Source: an uncultured Alphaproteobacteria bacterium | GTDB lineage: Bacteria > Pseudomonadota > Alphaproteobacteria > RF32 > CAG-239 | Direction of reading: 5' to 3' | Assembly: GCA_934229625.1 (NCBI GenBank) | Contig: CAKQDU010000008.1 | Coordinates: forward strand, 360-64,359 | DNA length: 64,000 bases | Part shown: piece by piece, positions 38,101 to 48,028 of the stretch | Numbering within the stretch: position 1 is the first letter of the stretch | How the letters are laid out: each line of letters starts with the position of its first letter | Position numbers and translations under genes: made by a program | Notes under the pieces: model-generated | Seen by the model: the letters and a program-made list of their open reading frames with translations, nothing else | What the model was told of the DNA's origin: nothing | The model's database searches: none

Positions 38101-38700
38101 ATGATAGAAATGCTCGGCGTATTGGCGATTGTCGGAGTGTTATCAGTCGGTGGCATCGCCGGTTACTCCAAAGCTATGGAAAAGTGGAAGGTTAATCAAC
38201 TGATTAGTGAATATACCCATTTTATGTTTGGAGCCGTTGAGCATTTGGATGATATTAAAAAAGTCCCCAACGGCAGCGGCTATGCCGATATAATGCAGTC
38301 TCTAAATATTATTCCAACCTCTTGGAAATATGATAACGCCAGCAATGTCCATGACCGGCTTAATAACCGAATACAGCTATGGCGGGGAGGTTCAGATTTA
38401 GTTTTTGAAATTTATCTGCTGGAAGAATATGAGGAGAAAGATTCTTATTCTTTAGCTGAACCGCGAGTTCAGCTCTGCCGTGAATTGTTTCTAAACTTTG
38501 TACAGCCGCTTTCCGAATTTGTGGATTATTCCTATGTATGGCGTGGAAATGCGCAAACTCTTAATCCGTTATGGTATGGAAATAATTATTGCGGTGCTGA
38601 TAAAAAATGCCTAAAAAACGTAACTCTGGCAGAAATAAACGCAGCTTGCCATACCTGCGGAGACAGCTACGGAACTTGTTCTATTGTTATAACTTATTGA
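38050..38700 (+). CDS. type-IV-prepilin-like protein, paralog 2
   Basis: TTG-start ORF; conserved ...RNDICSVG|RSMIEMLGVLAIVGVLSVGGIAGY; C-terminal NYCGADKKCLKNVTLAEINAACHTCG. Confidence 0.6.
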   Translation: MLRRCTPRNDICSVGRSMIEMLGVLAIVGVLSVGGIAGYSKAMEKWKVNQLISEYTHFMFGAVEHLDDIKKVPNGSGYADIMQSLNIIPTSWKYDNASNVHDRLNNRIQLWRGGSDLVFEIYLLEEYEEKDSYSLAEPRVQLCRELFLNFVQPLSEFVDYSYVWRGNAQTLNPLWYGNNYCGADKKCLKNVTLAEINAACHTCGDSYGTCSIVITY

Positions 38701-38709
38701 TTATAAATT

Positions 38710-38752
38710 AAAAGCAGATATCCCGCATAGAACGATGAGGAATATCTGCTAT
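38710..38752. terminator. bidirectional terminator-like hairpin
   Basis: agcagatat...atatctgct 9-bp stem between convergent genes. Confidence 0.4.
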
Positions 38753-38755
38753 ATT

Positions 38756-39985
38756 TTATTCATAGCGCAAAGCGTTTATCGGATTCAAAAGCGAGGCTTT
38801 ATAGGCTGGGAAAAAGCCAAACAGCAAGCCGACAATGCCCGAAAAACTAAATGGCAAAATCACATAGAATGTGGATAATTCAGCAGAAATAGAAGTCAGT
38901 TTCGGCAGCAGATAAACACCGGCGATACCGAATATAACCCCGATTAAGCCTCCGAGCAGCGATAAAATCAACGCTTCCATCAAAAATTGCAGACGGATAT
39001 CCCAGCGTTTGGCGCCAATAGCCATACGAATACCTATTTCACGAGTGCGTTCGGTAACCGAAACCAGCATTATGTTCATAATACCGATACCGCCGACCAA
39101 TAATGATATTGAAGCGATTGAGCCGAGTAAAATCGTCATAATTTTAGTGGAATTTTGCATCATTTCCATAAATTGAGTCAGGTTCATAATGGTAAAATCA
39201 TCGTCTTTATTTAATCCCAAACGGTGGCGTTGACGCAACAGGGTAGTAATTTCATCTTGCGATGTGTAAGTGCTTTCTGCGTCATAAGCCTGTAACATAA
39301 GCATATTAACCATATCGGGAAATTCTGTTCCGGAAACTTTTTTCTGCACGGTGCTGAGCGGCAAATAAACCATATCGTCTTGGTCTTGTCCTGGTCCGCT
39401 TTGTCCGCGTGTAGTTAAAGCGCCGATAACCGTAAAAGGCAGACCTTTAATGCGAATTGTTTTGCCTAAAGGGTCAATATCGCCAAACAGCTCTTTTACC
39501 ACGGTCTGTCCCAAAATAGCTACTTTGTTTGCGTTTTTAATATCGGCGTCCGAAAAATCACGCCCATAAGCCAACTCCCATTCTTTTATTTCAAAATAGC
39601 GGTTGTCGGTTCCCACAATATTGGTCGCCCAGTTGGTGTTGCCATAAACGATTTGTCCGCTGTCATTAACAACAGGCACGGCCAAACGGATAGTGGCTAT
39701 TTTGTTTTGAATGGCGTTGGCGTCGCCGTTTTTGAGCGTCGGCTGCGAGCCGTGTCCCATACGCGATCCGCCGGAAGTTGAGGAGCCGGAACGAATCATA
39801 ATCAGATTTGTCCCCATACTGCGCATTTCTTTTTGGATTGAGAGCTGCGCGCCATTGCCGATAGCAAGCATCACAATAACCGCCGCCACACCTATAATTA
39901 TACCCAAGCTAGTCAAAACCGAACGCATTTTATTAGCGTGAATGGCGCGGATGGCAATTTTAAAAATAGTTTTCAATTCAATCAT
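38756..39985 (-). CDS. MacB/FtsX-type ABC transporter permease
   Basis: 409 aa; N-terminal TM, large periplasmic domain, C-terminal 3-TM FtsX domain. Confidence 0.85.
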   Translation of the reverse strand: MIELKTIFKIAIRAIHANKMRSVLTSLGIIIGVAAVIVMLAIGNGAQLSIQKEMRSMGTNLIMIRSGSSTSGGSRMGHGSQPTLKNGDANAIQNKIATIRLAVPVVNDSGQIVYGNTNWATNIVGTDNRYFEIKEWELAYGRDFSDADIKNANKVAILGQTVVKELFGDIDPLGKTIRIKGLPFTVIGALTTRGQSGPGQDQDDMVYLPLSTVQKKVSGTEFPDMVNMLMLQAYDAESTYTSQDEITTLLRQRHRLGLNKDDDFTIMNLTQFMEMMQNSTKIMTILLGSIASISLLVGGIGIMNIMLVSVTERTREIGIRMAIGAKRWDIRLQFLMEALILSLLGGLIGVIFGIAGVYLLPKLTSISAELSTFYVILPFSFSGIVGLLFGFFPAYKASLLNPINALRYE

Positions 39986-40686
39986 TTCTGAACTCTTTTC
40001 GTATTTATTATGTCCGAATGAATTTCTCCGTCCACGATTTTGATTATGCGATTGGCATACAGAGCAATATCTTCTTCGTGGGTAACCAAAATGATGGTGC
40101 GGCGCAGTTCTTTATTTAGTTTTGTAAATAAATCCATAATTTCTACGCTCATTTTTGTATCCAGATTTCCGGTCGGCTCATCGGCAAAAATAATCGGAGC
40201 TTCGTTTACAATGGCGCGGGCGATGGCCACACGTTGCTGCTGACCGCCGGAAAGTTGGTTCGGCTGGTGGTGCATACGCTCGTGCAAACCCACGCTGTTC
40301 AAGGCTTTTTCGGCTCTTTCTTTTCGTTCTTCATCGGCAACACCGGCGTAAACCATCGGCAATTCAACATTTTCTATGGCCGAAGTCCGAGAAAGCAGAT
40401 TAAACCCCTGAAAAACAAAGCCGATTTTGCGGTTGCGGATTTCTGCAAGCTGGTCGCCGCTCAGATGTTCAATATTTTCTCCGTCCAGAATATATTCACC
40501 GGAAGTCGGTGTGTCCAAACAGCCGAGAATATTCATCAATGTAGATTTTCCCGAACCGGAAGGCCCCATAATAGCCACAAACTCTCCAGCCGCAATTTCC
40601 AAATTTATACCTTTGAGAATCTCCAAATCAAAGCCGTCCAAAGGATAACTTTTATGAATGTTTTTGAGTTGAATTAAAGGTTTCAT
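39982..40686 (-). CDS. ABC transporter ATP-binding protein (MacB/LolD-type)
   Basis: Walker A GPSGSGKST, signature LSGGQQQRVAIARA, Walker B IIFADEPTGNLD. Confidence 0.9.
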   Translation of the reverse strand: MKPLIQLKNIHKSYPLDGFDLEILKGINLEIAAGEFVAIMGPSGSGKSTLMNILGCLDTPTSGEYILDGENIEHLSGDQLAEIRNRKIGFVFQGFNLLSRTSAIENVELPMVYAGVADEERKERAEKALNSVGLHERMHHQPNQLSGGQQQRVAIARAIVNEAPIIFADEPTGNLDTKMSVEIMDLFTKLNKELRRTIILVTHEEDIALYANRIIKIVDGEIHSDIINTKRVQK

Positions 40687-41840
40687 CAGCGAGGCATCCT
40701 AAACTTCATTTTTTGAGTATCAGCGGCAGAAAGTTCTTTAGAAACAATAACTTCATCGCCAATTTTTAATGCACTTTCTAAAATTTGAGTATTATCATCA
40801 TCGCTGACGCCGATTTTTACGGTTACGCGTTCTGGATGCCCGTTTTTGATAATCCATACGCCGCGGTCTTTATAGCGTTTTGCCTTGTCGCTATCGTCGA
40901 TATAAAAACGCAAAGCTTGGTTTGGCACCAGCATAACGCCTTTTTCTTCAGCCGTGATAATTTCTACATTGGCGGTCATCCCCGGTTTTAGTTTCATATC
41001 GGAGTTGTCAATGCCGATTACAACCGTGTAGGTTACAACATTTGAAGTGGTGGTAGCCTCGTTGCGGACTTGGGTAACCGTGCCATAAAAATAGTCATCG
41101 GCATAGCTATCGACCGTAAAGCGCACTTTTTGCCCTTCTTTTACTTTAGCGATATCAGCTTCCACAACCGAGGCTTCAATTTGCATTTTAGTCAAATCTT
41201 CGGCTACCGAAAAAATTTCCGGCGTTTCAAAGCTTGCGGCCACAGTTTGCCCAACTTCAACCGATTTAGAAATAACAATGCCGTCAACCGGCGCTTTGAT
41301 TTCGGTATATGAAAGTTCGGTTTGCGCAGAATTTAGCGAGGCTTGAGCCTGTTTGACCTGAGCCTGTTCCAGAGCCAGCTGAGCAACAGAATTATCATAG
41401 TCGCGCTCGGCGGCTTCCAAATCTTTTTCAGTAGAATATTTGGCGGCGTTTAGTTTAGAAATACGGTTTAAGGCTTTTTTATAGTATTTTATGTTGTTTT
41501 CTTCTACAGCCACTTGCGCTTTGGCAATTTCCAACGCCGCCTCTCTTTGCTGCACGGTGGCTTTGGCGTTTTCTTGGTCGATAAGCGCCAGAAGCTGACC
41601 TTTTTTAACCACCGAGTTATAGTCAACATAAATCTCCGCAATACGTCCCGAAGCCTGAGAGCCGACAGAAACGGTAGAAAGCGGATTGATGGTGCCGGAA
41701 GCGGTGATGCTTTCCATTATATCGCCGTTTTCTATTTTTTGTGTTTTATAAACAGTACCGCCGGCGCTGCGGTTAAGCATTTTGTAGCCAATGCCCAAAA
41801 TGGCAAGCAAAGCAATTCCGTAAATCAAATATTTTCTCAT
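40686..41840 (-). CDS. HlyD/MacA-family periplasmic adaptor subunit
   Basis: 384 aa; N-terminal TM, long coiled-coil hairpin, beta-barrel/lipoyl segments; operon with permease and ATPase. Confidence 0.85.
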   Translation of the reverse strand: MRKYLIYGIALLAILGIGYKMLNRSAGGTVYKTQKIENGDIMESITASGTINPLSTVSVGSQASGRIAEIYVDYNSVVKKGQLLALIDQENAKATVQQREAALEIAKAQVAVEENNIKYYKKALNRISKLNAAKYSTEKDLEAAERDYDNSVAQLALEQAQVKQAQASLNSAQTELSYTEIKAPVDGIVISKSVEVGQTVAASFETPEIFSVAEDLTKMQIEASVVEADIAKVKEGQKVRFTVDSYADDYFYGTVTQVRNEATTTSNVVTYTVVIGIDNSDMKLKPGMTANVEIITAEEKGVMLVPNQALRFYIDDSDKAKRYKDRGVWIIKNGHPERVTVKIGVSDDDNTQILESALKIGDEVIVSKELSAADTQKMKFRMPR

Positions 41841-42065
41841 TTTCAGACCTTTCTTTATAAAGATGTTTCATATATAAAAATATTTTGTAAAAAAATCTAT
41901 AAATTTATAACGATAAAATGAAAAAAATGTTCACAAAATAGTATGGAAAAAGTATTGATATGCTAATGAGTTAGAGAGTTATTCACAATTAAAACTTCAA
42001 GTATGAAAAAATACTTTATTTTTTTGAATTTTCTGCTATATATAAATCGCTGAATTTATAACTAT

Positions 42066-43349
42066 GTGATTTTTTTGAGGAATAATTTTTTGAAAAAGCT
42101 TTTGAAAAAAAATAAATTCAAATTTAAAAAACAAAAGGTTCTATATACCGAAAAAAAACCTTTTCTTGCTGACAAAGAAATTATTTTCCGCAGCAACGGC
42201 CGCGCTAAGGTTTTTAATATTTCTCATCGTTTGCAAGTGTTTATGCTGATGCTCTTTGCGGCTGTTTTCGCTTGGTCGGGTTATAATTACTATTTTTATC
42301 ATATTTCAGCCTCCATTATTCATCATAAAGAAAAAGAATTAGGCAAAACCAGAGACGCCTATATGGATTTGATTTCTGATGTGACTGCGCTGCAGAATAA
42401 TTTAAAAAATGTTGTTTCTTCTGTTGATGAAGCCGGAAACGGTTTGCAAGAAATTAAAAACTATAAAGAAAAAGCTCTGGTGGTAGAAGATAAAATTAAA
42501 CAAATAGCCGATTCAGAAAGCTGGATAGACGCTGATAAAATAGAAGAAAAAGTCACTAAAAAAGAAGCATTGCTGCAAAAAGATATTGTCCAGACAGAAA
42601 ACAATCAATTAAAGCAAAAAATTGAAGAACTCGGCGGAAAAATAACCAATCTTCAAGAAACCGTAAAAGGTTTGGAAACGGCGGAAATTGCTATTTTAGA
42701 TAAAATTCATAAACTTTCCGGACGTGAAATAGAGCAAATAAAAACTTCGCTTACACAAATAAATAAATCTCTAAAAGATAAAAACCGCTATTATAATCCG
42801 CTTGCCAATATAAAAGAAGGTAAAGGCGGTGCCTATGAACCTGCACAAGGCATGAAAATAGAAAACCGCAAGCTTTTAGAGAAAATGTCAATAACTTTTA
42901 AGCAAATTGACACATTGGAAAATTATAAACAAGCAATGAAAAGCGTACCTCTTGGCAAACCCGTCTATCGCTATCAGCTAAGTTCGGCTTATGGCACTCG
43001 CCAAGACCCTTTTAAAGCCTATTTGGCTAATCACAAAGGGTTGGATATGCGCGCCGCAGCCGGCAGCCGAATTTCTACTCCTGCGGCAGGACGCGTGACT
43101 TTGGCCGGTTATCAAAAAAACGGATATGGCAATTTGGTGGTTGTTGACCACGGAAATGGTTTTGTTACAAAATATGCTCACATGCGCAAAATTTATGTTA
43201 AAACCGGTGATACAGTGGCTTATAATCAGGCTCTGGGAGAGGTTGGACGCACCGGCCGCGCCACCGGTAACCATTTACACTATGAAGTGCTGTTTCGCGG
43301 GGCAAATGTTAATCCGGCGGCTTTTATTACTTTAAGCAGCCTGAATTAA
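42066..43349 (+). CDS. M23-family peptidase with N-terminal coiled coil (EnvC-like)
   Basis: C-terminal LytM domain HKGLDMRAAAGSRI...GYGNLVVVDHGNGFVTKYAH...GRTGRATGNHLHYEV. Confidence 0.85.
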   Translation: MIFLRNNFLKKLLKKNKFKFKKQKVLYTEKKPFLADKEIIFRSNGRAKVFNISHRLQVFMLMLFAAVFAWSGYNYYFYHISASIIHHKEKELGKTRDAYMDLISDVTALQNNLKNVVSSVDEAGNGLQEIKNYKEKALVVEDKIKQIADSESWIDADKIEEKVTKKEALLQKDIVQTENNQLKQKIEELGGKITNLQETVKGLETAEIAILDKIHKLSGREIEQIKTSLTQINKSLKDKNRYYNPLANIKEGKGGAYEPAQGMKIENRKLLEKMSITFKQIDTLENYKQAMKSVPLGKPVYRYQLSSAYGTRQDPFKAYLANHKGLDMRAAAGSRISTPAAGRVTLAGYQKNGYGNLVVVDHGNGFVTKYAHMRKIYVKTGDTVAYNQALGEVGRTGRATGNHLHYEVLFRGANVNPAAFITLSSLN

Positions 43350-43359
43350 GGAGATAAAA

Positions 43360-43854
43360 ATGAGAAGTTTAAAACGTTTAATTTATTTAAAAATCGCACG
43401 CATGAGCCGCGGCTCTAATACTCCTGTGCCAAGCATTATAAGCTGCGACACCAAAATAAAAGGAGACATCTGGGGCGGCGATACAATTCATATTGACGGC
43501 AAACTCGAAGGTAATATTATGTGCAATGAAGTAATAATCGGCACACGAGGCTATATTGTCGGCGATATTAAAGCCAAGTCTTTGAGCGTTTACGGCACAA
43601 TCAACGGCATAATAGATACCGATGAGCTGTTTGTGGCAAACAATGCCCGCTTAATCGGTAATGCCTATTACAATAAAATAGCTCTTGAACCGGGAGCGTA
43701 TATTGAGGGCAATTGCCTGCCGCGCAACAGACGCCCTGAAGCTCAGCCAAAACCGGCGGCTCTGGTCCAGAACAAACCGGCAGAAACAATAAAAGCAGAA
43801 GCAAAACAGACCGAAGCTAAGTCAGCTGAATCTTCATTAAAAGCTGTAAGATAA
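43360..43854 (+). CDS. bactofilin
   Basis: 164 aa; repeated beta-helical I/V-x-G motifs (DUF583), Pro/Ala/Lys-rich tail. Confidence 0.75.
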   Translation: MRSLKRLIYLKIARMSRGSNTPVPSIISCDTKIKGDIWGGDTIHIDGKLEGNIMCNEVIIGTRGYIVGDIKAKSLSVYGTINGIIDTDELFVANNARLIGNAYYNKIALEPGAYIEGNCLPRNRRPEAQPKPAALVQNKPAETIKAEAKQTEAKSAESSLKAVR

Positions 43855-44333
43855 TGACTGGAAAAAACAAAAAATCAGACTTTATTTCTACTGGTCAGGT
43901 GGCTCAGAATCGCCGTGCGCATTTTGATTATATAATTGACGAAGTTTTTCAGGCCGGTTTGGTTTTAACCGGTACAGAAGTTAAATCTCTGCGCTTGGGA
44001 CATGCCAACATCAACGACGCTTACGGCATTGTTGAACAAGGTGAAATTTATATATCTAATATGTTCATTGCCGAATATGCCAACAAAGGCTATGAAAGCC
44101 ATGTTGAGCGCCGCAACCGCAAACTATTGTTACAGCATAAAGAAATCATTAAAATACAAAACGCTCTGTCGCGTAAAGGCGCCACTTTGATTGCCATGAA
44201 ACTATATTTTGATAATCACGGCAGAGCCAAGCTTGAAATAGGTTTGGGACGCGGTAAAAAACTTTATGATAAGCGAGAGACGGCAAAAGAGCGCGATTGG
44301 AATCGTGAAAAATCTCGTTTGCTGTCGCATTAA
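43854..44333 (+). CDS. smpB: SsrA-binding protein SmpB
   Basis: 159 aa; GTEVKSLR...ANINDAY...HVERRNRKLLL motifs. Confidence 0.9.
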   Translation: MTGKNKKSDFISTGQVAQNRRAHFDYIIDEVFQAGLVLTGTEVKSLRLGHANINDAYGIVEQGEIYISNMFIAEYANKGYESHVERRNRKLLLQHKEIIKIQNALSRKGATLIAMKLYFDNHGRAKLEIGLGRGKKLYDKRETAKERDWNREKSRLLSH

Positions 44334-44403
44334 AAATAGTTTTATAAAATTTCTAACTTCCAAACTAAAAGCCGGATGTACAAACATCAGGCTTTTAGTT
44401 TGT

Positions 44404-44667
44404 TTAAATTCCTAAACCGGCTAAAAATCGGCCGTATTCTTTTTCTGCAGCTGTCGGCTCGCGGTAAAATTCTTTTTGAGCTTTGCCGGCTTTGGTTATT
44501 TTCCAAAGTTTTTCCGTATTGTCAGCGTCGGGGTATTCCTTAATAAATCTCAAGGCAATTAGATGATGGTACGTTTCAAATCCGATATTTTTAATCAGAT
44601 TTTCAGCGCTGCCTTGTTTAGCCTCTCCGATAAATTTAAAAGCATTTATAATATCTTTCATAAGCAT
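44404..44667 (-). CDS. hypothetical protein
   Basis: 87-aa ORF. Confidence 0.3.
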   Translation of the reverse strand: MLMKDIINAFKFIGEAKQGSAENLIKNIGFETYHHLIALRFIKEYPDADNTEKLWKITKAGKAQKEFYREPTAAEKEYGRFLAGLGI

Positions 44668-44868
44668 AAAAATTAGTTTGACATAAAAATAACTATTTGA
44701 ATAAGCAATAAAATATTAACTCATAAAAGTCAATATGTATATTTTAATAAAGTGTATTACATGTCTAAAAATACATCAATATAGAACAAGCATTTTCTCC
44801 GTTATCTTTACACATTTGGCAAGCCTCACTAATTTCTGCCGGTGTCATATCTTTGATATATTTACCTG

Positions 44869-45148
44869 TTGACTTTAGTTAAACGTCTGTTATAGAATTG
44901 GTACGTAAACAACATAATTTTAGAGGAAAGAAAGATGAAAAATAAGCTATTCAAAGGTCTCTCTCTCTCTCTGCAAATCCTAAACATCTGATTAAAGGCG
45001 TATTTTCTGCCGCTCAGCGTGTTTTTGCAGAGTTCGGCGTAAAAAATCACACATTCGGAAATAACAAGTTCAGTAACAACTCTATAAAGGGTTCTGGATT
45101 GCTTCGTCGTTGCACTCCTCGCAATGACGCTTGCTCTACTGGTCGTTC
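44869..45148 (+). promoter_or_regulatory. promoter-leader module of pilin paralog 3 (ttgact 44869-44874, tataga 44891-44896, uORF 44935-44991 with (TC)7)
   Basis: same module as 37812-38100. Confidence 0.6.
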
Positions 45149-45761
45149 CATGATAGAAATGCTCGGCGTTCTAGCTATTATCGGTGTGCTGAGTGTCGGC
45201 GGCATTGCCGGTTATTCCAAAGCAATGGAAAAATGGAAAATAAACAAAACCATTGAAGAATACTCTATGTTAATAACCGGACTTATAGAATATAAAGACA
45301 ATTTTATCAAAAACACCCCGACAGAAACTGATGTATATCTTCCTGATTTTATTCAGGCCGCAAATTTAGTACCTGAAACTTGGAAAAAAGGCGGTTCATC
45401 ATATATGTATGATACTTTAGGAAACAGGGTTAATATATACTTTTCCAACACAGAAAATATTTCCGGCACCCGATATGTCTTTGATATATGGTTTGCTCAA
45501 TCCGCCTCATCAAATAATTCTCTTGCATATAATTTATGCAGAGCTTTTTATCAAGATGTTGGAATTGCCATGTCTTCAAATGTACTGGCAATAATAGTAC
45601 AAAGAGGAAAACACTTTGCATATGGAGATACTTTATGCCACGAAGGGACAGATGAAAAAGGCAACCCAAGACATTGTTTGCGTGATATGAAATTATCAGA
45701 AATTAGTGATATTTGCAAAACCTGCCAGACAACTAATTGCGCTGTGTATCTTGTTTTTTAA
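45099..45761 (+). CDS. type-IV-prepilin-like protein, paralog 3
   Basis: ...RNDACSTG|RSMIEMLGVLAIIGVLSVGGIAGY; C-terminal LCHEGTDEKGNPRHCLRDMKLSEISDICKTC. Confidence 0.6.
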   Translation: MLRRCTPRNDACSTGRSMIEMLGVLAIIGVLSVGGIAGYSKAMEKWKINKTIEEYSMLITGLIEYKDNFIKNTPTETDVYLPDFIQAANLVPETWKKGGSSYMYDTLGNRVNIYFSNTENISGTRYVFDIWFAQSASSNNSLAYNLCRAFYQDVGIAMSSNVLAIIVQRGKHFAYGDTLCHEGTDEKGNPRHCLRDMKLSEISDICKTCQTTNCAVYLVF

Positions 45762-45785
45762 TTATGATTACATCTGATTTTGCGG

Positions 45786-46060
45786 TTGACTTATGGCGTG
45801 ATACTGTTATAGAATTGGAGTGTAAACAATATAATTTTAGAGGAAAGAAAGATGAAAAATAAGCTATTCAAAGGTCTCTCTCTCTCTCTGCAAATCCTAA
45901 ACATCTGATTAAAGGCGTATTTTTTGCCGCTCAGCGTGTTTTTGCAGAGTCCGGCATAAAAAATCATACATCCGGAAATAACAAGTTCAGTAGCTACTCT
46001 ATAAAGGGTTCTGGATTGCTTCGCGTTGCTCGCAATGACGTCTGCAGCGTGGGACGCTCT
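45786..46060 (+). promoter_or_regulatory. promoter-leader module of pilin paralog 4 (ttgact 45786-45791, tataga 45808-45813, uORF 45852-45908 with (TC)7)
   Basis: same module; 6-nt in-frame deletion in the leader-peptide region relative to other copies. Confidence 0.6.
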
Positions 46061-46669
46061 ATGATAGAAATGCTTGGCGTGCTAGCTATTATTGCCATTT
46101 TAACAGTCGGCGGAATTGCCGGTTATTCCAAAGCGATGGAAAAGTTTAAGCTCAATAAAGCAATCAGCGAATATAGTATGCTGATTTTTGGCATGCAGGA
46201 CTATATTGAATCTATACAAAAATATACAATTGACGAACCTCATATCGGCGCTGTACAGATAGCTGAAGCAGCAAATTTAATTCCTCAGGCATGGGAAATA
46301 CAAAGCAATTATGGTCTGCTTGATGTATATGGTAATCGCTTACAAATCTATATAGATAAATCACCTCGGCATTTAATTATAGATTTTTATTTGCAAGGAA
46401 TGACTAAAGCCGAAACCAATCAATATACACAAACATTTTCCGGTAAATTATGTATGGAGCTATTCAATAATATAATTATTCCGCTTAACAATACTATTTA
46501 TGAAGCACACATATTCCGTTCTAAAAGTGGTAATGGTAAAAATTTTTCAGGCAAAACTTCATGCTCCTCAAACAAAACCTGTATAAAAGATATGACACTA
46601 AATGATGTACATAATGCCTGTAATTATTGCACCGCAGAAGATAACTGCGCAATTGTCCTAGTATTTTAA
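46016..46669 (+). CDS. type-IV-prepilin-like protein, paralog 4
   Basis: ...RNDVCSVG|RSMIEMLGVLAIIAILTVGGIAGY; C-terminal SCSSNKTCIKDMTLNDVHNACNYC. Confidence 0.6.
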   Translation: MLRVARNDVCSVGRSMIEMLGVLAIIAILTVGGIAGYSKAMEKFKLNKAISEYSMLIFGMQDYIESIQKYTIDEPHIGAVQIAEAANLIPQAWEIQSNYGLLDVYGNRLQIYIDKSPRHLIIDFYLQGMTKAETNQYTQTFSGKLCMELFNNIIIPLNNTIYEAHIFRSKSGNGKNFSGKTSCSSNKTCIKDMTLNDVHNACNYCTAEDNCAIVLVF

Positions 46670-46722
46670 CTAATTTTGCACACACTTTTAACATTTTAAT
46701 TATGCGGTTAATATTAGTTGAA

Positions 46723-46753
46723 TTGCTGTTTAAGAATATTAAACAGCAATTTC
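46723..46753 (+). terminator. rho-independent terminator
   Basis: ttgctgtttaa-gaatat-ttaaacagcaa 11-bp perfect stem then ttt. Confidence 0.6.
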
Positions 46754-46824
46754 ATATATTAGTCAGCTCAAATATTTCTAAGCCTAAATTTATTGCCGAA
46801 ACCGCCATAAATTATTATAAAACT

Positions 46825-46859
46825 AACCTCCTGAAACCTAGAATCAGTTTCAGGAGGTT
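46825..46859 (-). terminator. rho-independent terminator downstream of rplS
   Basis: aacctcctgaaac-ctagaatca-gtttcaggaggtt 13-bp perfect stem. Confidence 0.6.
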
Positions 46860-46878
46860 AAGCAAACATAGATACTTA

Positions 46879-47268
46879 TTATTTACCTGCGTTAGCGTCT
46901 TTAACAGATACAGACAAATCGTCTGCAATACGAGCAGAACGGCCACGCAAAGCACGCAAGAAGTACAATTTCGCACGGCGAACTTTACCGATACGAGATA
47001 CTTCAATTTTAGCTACGTTTGGAGAATACAACGGGAATACACGCTCAACACCTTCACCGAAAGAAATTTTTCTAACTGTGAAAGAAGAGTTCAAACCGTC
47101 GTTTTTACGAGCAATGCAAACACCTTCATAAACTTGGATACGTTCGCGGTCGCCTTCTTTTACTTTTGTATGAACGCGCAAAGTATCACCCGGCTTAAAT
47201 GTCGGCATATTTTTGCCTTCCATGAGCTTTTCAATTTGCTCTTTTTCAATATTTTCAAGAATGTTCAT
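46879..47268 (-). CDS. rplS: 50S ribosomal protein L19 (alpha-type C-terminal extension)
   Basis: GDTLRV...EGVCIAR...[21 protein letters not shown]...[10 protein letters not shown]. Confidence 0.95.
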   Translation of the reverse strand: MNILENIEKEQIEKLMEGKNMPTFKPGDTLRVHTKVKEGDRERIQVYEGVCIARKNDGLNSSFTVRKISFGEGVERVFPLYSPNVAKIEVSRIGKVRRAKLYFLRALRGRSARIADDLSVSVKDANAGK

Positions 47269-47323
47269 TAGTTTTACCTTTATTTGTTAATTTGTTACCT
47301 TATAAACCCAAACCTGTCTAAAA

Positions 47324-48028
47324 TCAAGTATTTTCTAACAAGTCAGGTCGTCTTTCTTTAGTTATTTGCAGAGCCTTCTCTTTTTGCCATTTTGCCACGT
47401 TTTCGTGATGACCACTCAAGAGAACGTCCGGTACTTTGCGGTTTTTCCATTCTATGGGACGTGTATACTGCGGATATTCCAGCAAACCGTTTTCAAAACT
47501 TTCGTTTTCGGTGGACGCCGCGTTACCCAACACATTCGGCAAAAGCCGAACAACCGCATCAAGCATTATCATTGCCGCCTGCTCTCCGCCGGTCAAAATA
47601 TAATCGCCGATGCTGAGTTCTTCGATATTGTATTCTTCTAAAACCCGCTCGTCAATTCCCTCAAACCGACCGCAGATAATCGTCAAATTATCTTCTTTGC
47701 TCAATTCATGCACTTTTTGCTGCGTCAGCACCTGCCCTCTCGGACTCATATAAATGATTTTTCCGCCCTTATAGTTGTTGTCAATCGCATTGCCCAACAC
47801 ATCAGGACGCATAATCATTCCGGCACCGCCGCCGCATGGAGTGTCATCAACAGAACCATGCTTATCAAACGCATAATCGCGAATGTTGACAGCTTCCATG
47901 TTCCAAATTCCGTCTTTTAAGGCGCGTCCGGTTAAAGATGTACCTAAAAAACCAGGGAAAATTTCCGGAAAAATGGTCAGAATTTTAACATTCAGCGCCA
48001 TTTTCTTCCTCGCTGTCATCATCAGCAA
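47324..48028 (-). CDS. trmD: tRNA (guanine37-N1)-methyltransferase
   Basis: 234 aa; SPRGQ...GRFEGIDERV...DYILTGGE SPOUT motifs. Confidence 0.93.
   Translation of the reverse strand: MLMMTARKKMALNVKILTIFPEIFPGFLGTSLTGRALKDGIWNMEAVNIRDYAFDKHGSVDDTPCGGGAGMIMRPDVLGNAIDNNYKGGKIIYMSPRGQVLTQQKVHELSKEDNLTIICGRFEGIDERVLEEYNIEELSIGDYILTGGEQAAMIMLDAVVRLLPNVLGNAASTENESFENGLLEYPQYTRPIEWKNRKVPDVLLSGHHENVAKWQKEKALQITKERRPDLLENT

Noticed and set aside
36153-46669. Neisseria-style pilE/pilS silent-cassette antigenic variation system
   Set aside because: Each paralog carries its own promoter, RBS, start codon and full N-terminal helix, so none is a promoterless silent partial cassette. Diversification here looks like independent expressed paralogs plus possible per-gene phase switching.
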